64,000 bases of DNA, taken from positions 180,053 through 244,052 of IMG/VR virus record IMGVR_UViG_3300025009_000050; one strand, given 5' to 3'. Positions 58,970 to 64,000 of this stretch are shown piece by piece (position 1 is the first letter of the stretch; every line of letters begins with the position of its first letter). Both the position numbers and the translations under genes were made by a program. A model generated the notes under the pieces. The model saw only the letters and a list, made by a program, of their open reading frames with translations. It did not search any database and was not told the origin of the DNA.

Positions 58970-59213
58970 GTTGAGAAGGAGTGATGCTATGGATATTGAA
59001 ACATTAAAAGAACATTATGCTAAGAGTGGATTTGTATTCTTCGGTTTTACTGCAGAGGGCAAACTTATATTCGCTCGCAAATGTGTTTCAGGAATTCAGT
59101 ATGTAAAGGTGAAACAAAATGGTATACAAGATACTGGTATACCTGCTATAATATCTACTGAAGATGCAGAAATTATGTATCTTACATATCAAGAATTTTA
59201 CGGAGGTGATTGA
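58968..59213 (+). CDS. Hypothetical protein
   Basis: SD aaggagtga before the internal ATG (MDIETL). Confidence 0.5.
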   Translation: MLRRSDAMDIETLKEHYAKSGFVFFGFTAEGKLIFARKCVSGIQYVKVKQNGIQDTGIPAIISTEDAEIMYLTYQEFYGGD

Positions 59214-59572
59214 GCTGACTAGTTTACTAGATAGCATACCTTTATTAACTATGGATCTAGCCTATGTCGAAAAACCAGATCCTGTGCTTAATGAGAAAAA
59301 GGAGCTTGTACCTGATATAGGTTGGATGCTAAGCCCACGTTTTATCTTAGATATAGGTGTTATAGCTAATAATTGGAAGATTGCTATACTTAATTAGGAG
59401 GATATATGATCTGCATCAATTGTAAGAAGGCTGCTGCACTCAAGAAGAGTTTATTCTGTAGTAAGAAGTGCAGTGCTAGATGGAGATCTGCCTTTGGCAA
59501 TCGAGATGAGTTTAAACTCATTGGTGCTCCTAGACTTAAAGAATTAAAAGAAAAATATTTGGGGGTGTAAAC

Positions 59573-60106
59573 TTGCCACCAAGTCTTAGTGAATTGTTAA
59601 AATTCCTAGGTAATGCCAAGACAGTGAATATTGGATTACTCAGACGTAAGTATAATGCTGAGCAAAACTATGAACTATATAAAGGTAGGCTTGAGGAAGC
59701 CTTTGAAGTATACAGCAAGGAAGAAGCTATAATGGAAGGTCTTAAAGCTCGCTATGAACGTAAAGTTGAGGAACTTAAAGCATACGGTAAAACTCTTCAA
59801 GAGAAATATGCTGAATATGAGCGAGCTGCTGATACGTTAGATGAGATCGATAATGAAATTCTGATGGCTAATGGTAGACCTAAAGTAGAAGCACCTAAAC
59901 CTAAGCCTAAGCCTCGTAAGAAAATGACTGTAGCTGAAGCCTTTGCTGTAATGGAACTGCAACAAACCAGGGACATGAACGTTATCCGTAGTAAATATCG
60001 TGACCTGGCTAAAGTTCTTCACCCTGATAGGAAAGATACAGGGAGTGAGGTAAAGTTTAAAGTTCTCAACGAAGCCCATACTATAATAAAGGAGTGGGCG
60101 GAATGA
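59573..60106 (+). CDS. Coiled-coil protein with C-terminal J-domain
   Basis: IRSKYRDLAKVLHPDR...FKVLNEAH. Confidence 0.8.
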   Translation: MPPSLSELLKFLGNAKTVNIGLLRRKYNAEQNYELYKGRLEEAFEVYSKEEAIMEGLKARYERKVEELKAYGKTLQEKYAEYERAADTLDEIDNEILMANGRPKVEAPKPKPKPRKKMTVAEAFAVMELQQTRDMNVIRSKYRDLAKVLHPDRKDTGSEVKFKVLNEAHTIIKEWAE

Positions 60107-60663
60107 GTATATTAAAGTTCTGGTATACACTGTTCTTTAAATCCAAGTCAACCAAGATAAATGTTATTGGTAATGAGCTTGGTAGTGACGCAAATAATGC
60201 CTCTCTTATGATCTTCCTTTCGTCTATAGTAGTATCTTATGTACTTTATGATATCTTATTCTCACTGCTATCTCTCACAGCATTAATTCATGAAATCATT
60301 GTATTATACATCATACGTAAATATCGTCTTTATTATTCCAACATACAAATGATTGAAAGACAAGAAGTAACAAAAGAGGCCATAAAGGAATGGGCCAAGA
60401 AGATACACGAGGAACGTGCTAAGCTTGCTCAAGAAAAATTAAGTACTACTCAGAGGAATAACCTGATTAGTAAGACAGTTGAGGATTGGCTAGTAGTTCT
60501 AAATCTTGAACCTAAAGTCAGTAGTCTTAATCTAAAGATGATTAAGGATAGGTACTGGAAACTAGCTCAACGTTATCATCCGGACAATAAGGACACTGGT
60601 GATCATGATAGATTTGCAGAGATCAACCAGGCTTATCATAATTTAAATTCATTATTGAGGTGA
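60094..60663 (+). CDS. Membrane-anchored J-domain protein
   Basis: TM segments; IKDRYWKLAQRYHPDN...FAEINQAY. Confidence 0.8.
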   Translation: MGGMSILKFWYTLFFKSKSTKINVIGNELGSDANNASLMIFLSSIVVSYVLYDILFSLLSLTALIHEIIVLYIIRKYRLYYSNIQMIERQEVTKEAIKEWAKKIHEERAKLAQEKLSTTQRNNLISKTVEDWLVVLNLEPKVSSLNLKMIKDRYWKLAQRYHPDNKDTGDHDRFAEINQAYHNLNSLLR

Positions 60664-60923
60664 TAAAAATGGAATTCTATGCACTTGATCTATCACTTTT
60701 AATTATCATGAGCATGTCTATCATTGTCTGTATATACGAGAAACATTATATTCAGGCTGGTACTTGTGTTGGATATATTATAATTATATTGCATACGTTA
60801 TTCGATGCTGCCTTTTCTTCTTTCCCGACTTATGCATTACATCCATTTGTATATATATTAATCTTTGTACAATCATACTTAGTATTCTCATACTTTATAG
60901 ATAATAAAGGAGTAATTCAGTGA
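60660..60923 (+). CDS. Small membrane protein
   Basis: Three hydrophobic segments. Confidence 0.5.
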   Translation: MIKMEFYALDLSLLIIMSMSIIVCIYEKHYIQAGTCVGYIIIILHTLFDAAFSSFPTYALHPFVYILIFVQSYLVFSYFIDNKGVIQ

Positions 60924-61156
60924 TACATGTTCCTTCATTTGGTATATCGGCTCTTATCATTGCAATAATCCTTTTAGTCTATCTTCTATGGAAGAAACAT
61001 CACAATGAAGCATTAGCCTATTTATTTTTTATAGCAGGTGTATCCATAAAGCTGTTTCTTGGCCCTGAGGTGCTAGTGATATCTATGGGCTTTATGTCTC
61101 TTACATTAGGAACTGCAATAGTTTCTATCATCTATAACAATGAGAGGACACTATAA
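60920..61156 (+). CDS. Small membrane protein
   Basis: Three hydrophobic segments. Confidence 0.5.
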   Translation: MIHVPSFGISALIIAIILLVYLLWKKHHNEALAYLFFIAGVSIKLFLGPEVLVISMGFMSLTLGTAIVSIIYNNERTL

Positions 61157-61562
61157 TGTGTCCTCAAAATGACCAAATAGGATTATAAAAGTGACTCAAC
61201 AAGCGGAAGTAGCAATCAGAGGTATATAGTGGGATTTGATCATAGTTATCCTTAAGCCAGTTCTTTATTAGTAATGATTCATTACATTCAGTAGTGTTAT
61301 AGTCTTGTATGATGTAGTTGAGACTTATGCACTTTAATTGTAAATCAGAACTAATCATTCATGAGGTTTAATATCCATTAGTGATTAGTTAGTTCTGATA
61401 AGTGAGTAAACTTACTTCTTTATGATGCATGTTATATATTTATTAATCATGTATCATTAATATATACTCAATGAGTATTGAAGCATTACTAATGAAGAAG
61501 TTTTAAGCTCCCAAAACCATTATACAGTAATGGGCTTATCTGTGTCAAGTTTTATTCCGCTC

Positions 61563-61591
61563 CTTAACATAAACTTAACACTATCTTAACA
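61563..61591 (+). promoter_or_regulatory. Pho-box-like / OmpR-family regulator direct repeats
   Basis: cTTAACA x3 at 61563, 61574 and 61585 (11-bp period). Confidence 0.6.
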
Positions 61592-61607
61592 TTTAGGAAG
61601 TAACAGG

Positions 61608-61796
61608 ATGGAAGAAAAAGAAACGTGTTACCGTTGTAGGTATATGAGACAATATACTCATTTCTATGCTGATTATTCATCTCTGTATGAATGTCTGAAA
61701 CCTAATAATGATCATAACACTTCACTGTACTATGATAAGCGTATGGAAATAAAAGACCCTACAATTAGTAAAGGGTGTTTTGAGATGAAAAAATAG
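61608..61796 (+). CDS. Small Cys-containing protein
   Basis: TCYRCRY...C...GCFE. Confidence 0.5.
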   Translation: MEEKETCYRCRYMRQYTHFYADYSSLYECLKPNNDHNTSLYYDKRMEIKDPTISKGCFEMKK

Positions 61797-61810
61797 ACTA
61801 GGAGGTTACA

Positions 61811-62116
61811 ATGTTTGGTGAATTTATAAGAGAACTTAGAACATCAAAGAATATAACCAAAGAAGATTTCGCAAAGGCAATAGGACTTAAAGACGTGAAA
61901 GGAGTAGATGTGATAGAAGAGAATAAACTTGAAATTGATTCATTTTCACATCTACTAGAACCAATGGCCAATTACTTTGAAGTAGATCTGCATGTGATAT
62001 ATGATCAGTATTACAAGTGTCTTATATCAGAAAGGTTTGCAACTCTTGGAATGTATTATAACAGAATTGTAGATAAACGGGTTAAGGACGAAGTGCTAGA
62101 CAACCTTAAGTTATAG
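61811..62116 (+). CDS. XRE-family HTH regulator
   Basis: FGEFIRELRTSKNITKEDFAKAIGL. Confidence 0.8.
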   Translation: MFGEFIRELRTSKNITKEDFAKAIGLKDVKGVDVIEENKLEIDSFSHLLEPMANYFEVDLHVIYDQYYKCLISERFATLGMYYNRIVDKRVKDEVLDNLKL

Positions 62117-62129
62117 GAGGTGATAGACA

Positions 62130-62549
62130 ATAAAAATCATTCCATATGACGTTAAATACGTTAAAGTTCTTGTTCCACTTCATGTATGTCTTGATCATGT
62201 TGATTTTAAAACATTGATGGATTATTATGACATAACAAGATGGAATACATTCTGTGGAATACCAAATTATCATCAGCATGAATTAATTAATGCAATGGTA
62301 GAGAGACTTGGTTTTTACCCCAATTTATATTATAATGATTATGGTAGTGCAGGTTGGGGCTTTGTGCTTACTGACGATGAAGGTTCAGTGGATACTAATA
62401 ATGTATTTATGCTGAGACTCAATAAAGTAGGCGCATGTATTAATGTGCATGAGGACTTTCCTGAAGCACAAATAATTCCTTTGATTATATACATGAAACA
62501 ACTTATGTTCAACGAAGTTAAGCAGCCATTATTGATTGCTGCTGGTTAG
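62130..62549 (+). CDS. Hypothetical protein (probable ATA start at 62130)
   Basis: SD aggaggtga followed by in-frame ATA; open to the annotated TTG at 62214. Confidence 0.5.
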   Translation: MKIIPYDVKYVKVLVPLHVCLDHVDFKTLMDYYDITRWNTFCGIPNYHQHELINAMVERLGFYPNLYYNDYGSAGWGFVLTDDEGSVDTNNVFMLRLNKVGACINVHEDFPEAQIIPLIIYMKQLMFNEVKQPLLIAAG

Positions 62550-62557
62550 GAGGTTAT

Positions 62558-62998
62558 ATGTTAATTGACATATCAGGTAATCTATTAACTTCTGACTGTA
62601 ATATTATGCTTCATCAAGTTAATTCCTGTGGTAAATTTGCATCAGGTATAGCTGGTCAGATAAGAGAGATGTTTCCCCAAGTTTACCTAGACTATATGAC
62701 CGCTTACAGAAATGGTAGACTTACCTTAGGAAACATAGTAATTACTTACCTACCTAAATTAACATTTGTAAGTATGTGTGCTCAAGCTACTTATGGTAGG
62801 ACAGGTAAGCACACAAATGAAGAAGCATTCAGATTATGCTGCAATAGAGTAAAGCTGTTGATTGATTCTACACCAGGTAAGAAAGTTGGTGTTCCTTGTG
62901 GCATAGGGTGTGGGCTAGGCGGGGCATCATGGTCAGTTATAAGGAACATCATAGATGAAGTGTTTAGGGAGAACACAATCCACATCTATAAGAAATAA
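62558..62998 (+). CDS. Macrodomain ADP-ribosylhydrolase (TARG1/DarG-like)
   Basis: GNLL....IMLHQVNSCGKFASGIA, AQ..YG, PCGIGCGLGGASW. Confidence 0.85.
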   Translation: MLIDISGNLLTSDCNIMLHQVNSCGKFASGIAGQIREMFPQVYLDYMTAYRNGRLTLGNIVITYLPKLTFVSMCAQATYGRTGKHTNEEAFRLCCNRVKLLIDSTPGKKVGVPCGIGCGLGGASWSVIRNIIDEVFRENTIHIYKK

Positions 62999-63021
62999 TT
63001 AAATAAAGGGGAGAGATTAGG

Positions 63022-64000
63022 ATGAGTTTAGAGACACTAGGTCAAAATCCATTATTTCATACCGATACCTATAATCTTGGACATGGGAGTTTCAAGATTG
63101 ATGTTGGCTTTGAGGGGAGCCACATGTACAATAGGGCGGCAGGCCAGATCTTATTTGGTCTTAGTGAGATAGCTAAACGATGTTTGAATGTGATATTAAC
63201 ACACGAACATATTGACAGAGCTATTAATCGGGCCAAGTTTATGAATCTTGAGTTTCCTGAAGCATTATTCAGACGAGTGGTCAATGAGCTTGATGGCCGT
63301 ATACCACTTAAGGTTGAAATGTTGCCGGAAGGTATCTGGTGTCCAAAAGGTACTCCATTTGCTCAGATACAGAACACCGTTAAAGGTTTTGGTGAGCTCG
63401 TTACCTGGTGGGAAGGTAGACTAATGAAGGGCTGGTGGCCCACGGCACTAGCTACAGAAGCCTTTTATATGAGGCAATACTTACTCCAGACTTGTAAAGA
63501 ACATGGATTTGACTGGGAGAAGTATAAGTGGAGATTCCACAGCTTCGGCTACAGAGGTCATAATTCAGAAGAAGCTGCATATTGGGCTGCAATTGCTTGG
63601 CCATTATTCCTGCATGGGACCGATGATTTCTTGGCTGCAGAGCATGCTGGTTCTAGTGCAGTTATAGGTAGTATTCCAGCACTAGCCCATAAGGTAACAC
63701 AGCAGTTTGATGTTGAAATGGACTGTTGTATACGTGCAATTGATGTTGCAGCAGCTAAAGGTTGGGGCATCGTAGCAATGCCAATTGACACATGGGATGC
63801 TAACAAATTTATCAGCAGAAATATGTACTATCTGCTTCACCGTGCAAAGAATGCTGGTGTGCACGTAGTACTTCGCCCTGATTCAGGACTTGTTGTTGAA
63901 CAAGCCATAGAAATATATAAGTCAGTACAAGAAATTGGAACTGGCAATTGTTCAACAATCATTGGAGAATCAATGTCATTGAGGATAGCCAGAATCAGAG
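63022..64000 (+). CDS. nadV: Nicotinamide phosphoribosyltransferase-family enzyme (NadV/Nampt or Namat), truncated by window
   Basis: Manual translation: FHTDTYNLGH, LPEG, FHSFGYRG, GTDD, SIPALAH, IDTWD, LRPDSG. Confidence 0.85.
   Translation, partial: MSLETLGQNPLFHTDTYNLGHGSFKIDVGFEGSHMYNRAAGQILFGLSEIAKRCLNVILTHEHIDRAINRAKFMNLEFPEALFRRVVNELDGRIPLKVEMLPEGIWCPKGTPFAQIQNTVKGFGELVTWWEGRLMKGWWPTALATEAFYMRQYLLQTCKEHGFDWEKYKWRFHSFGYRGHNSEEAAYWAAIAWPLFLHGTDDFLAAEHAGSSAVIGSIPALAHKVTQQFDVEMDCCIRAIDVAAAKGWGIVAMPIDTWDANKFISRNMYYLLHRAKNAGVHVVLRPDSGLVVEQAIEIYKSVQEIGTGNCSTIIGESMSLRIARIR

Overview
A 64-kb segment of a large tailed (myovirus-type) phage or prophage of a spore-forming Bacillota host. This is inferred from the AT-rich sequence, strong AGGAGG Shine-Dalgarno (SD) sites and a yyaC homologue. 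Left half (1-35.6 kb, minus strand): the late/morphogenesis operon. In transcription order it has a candidate small terminase, small Gly/Ala-rich proteins, a stand-alone terminase-ATPase paralogue, large terminase, a portal-MuF fusion, protease/scaffold, decoration protein, major capsid, an Ig-fused head-tail adaptor, two sheath paralogues, three tube paralogues, two chaperones and a 1991-aa tape-measure-like protein. It ends in a >2139-aa ORF absent from the ORF track because it runs off the window. I translated that ORF by hand. It carries ordered beta- and beta'-like RNA polymerase motifs (including DNDGD) in one chain, fused to an N-terminal DEDDh 3'-5' exonuclease, so it is a probable virion RNA polymerase. 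Right half (35.8-64 kb, plus strand): early/accessory genes. These include a dispersed family of nine 8-Cys miniproteins with a hypervariable loop, a tandem zinc-ribbon family, an ADP-ribose/NAD module (Nudix, macrodomain, NAMPT/Namat-like), YyaC, YodL, radical SAM and J-domain proteins. Non-coding elements include a circularly permuted tRNA-like (YrlA/Y-RNA-like) RNA, several other structured elements, CCTATATAGG palindrome repeats and a Pho-box-like array. No CRISPR array, canonical tRNA, rRNA or integrase was seen. All calls are by motif recognition; no database search was run.
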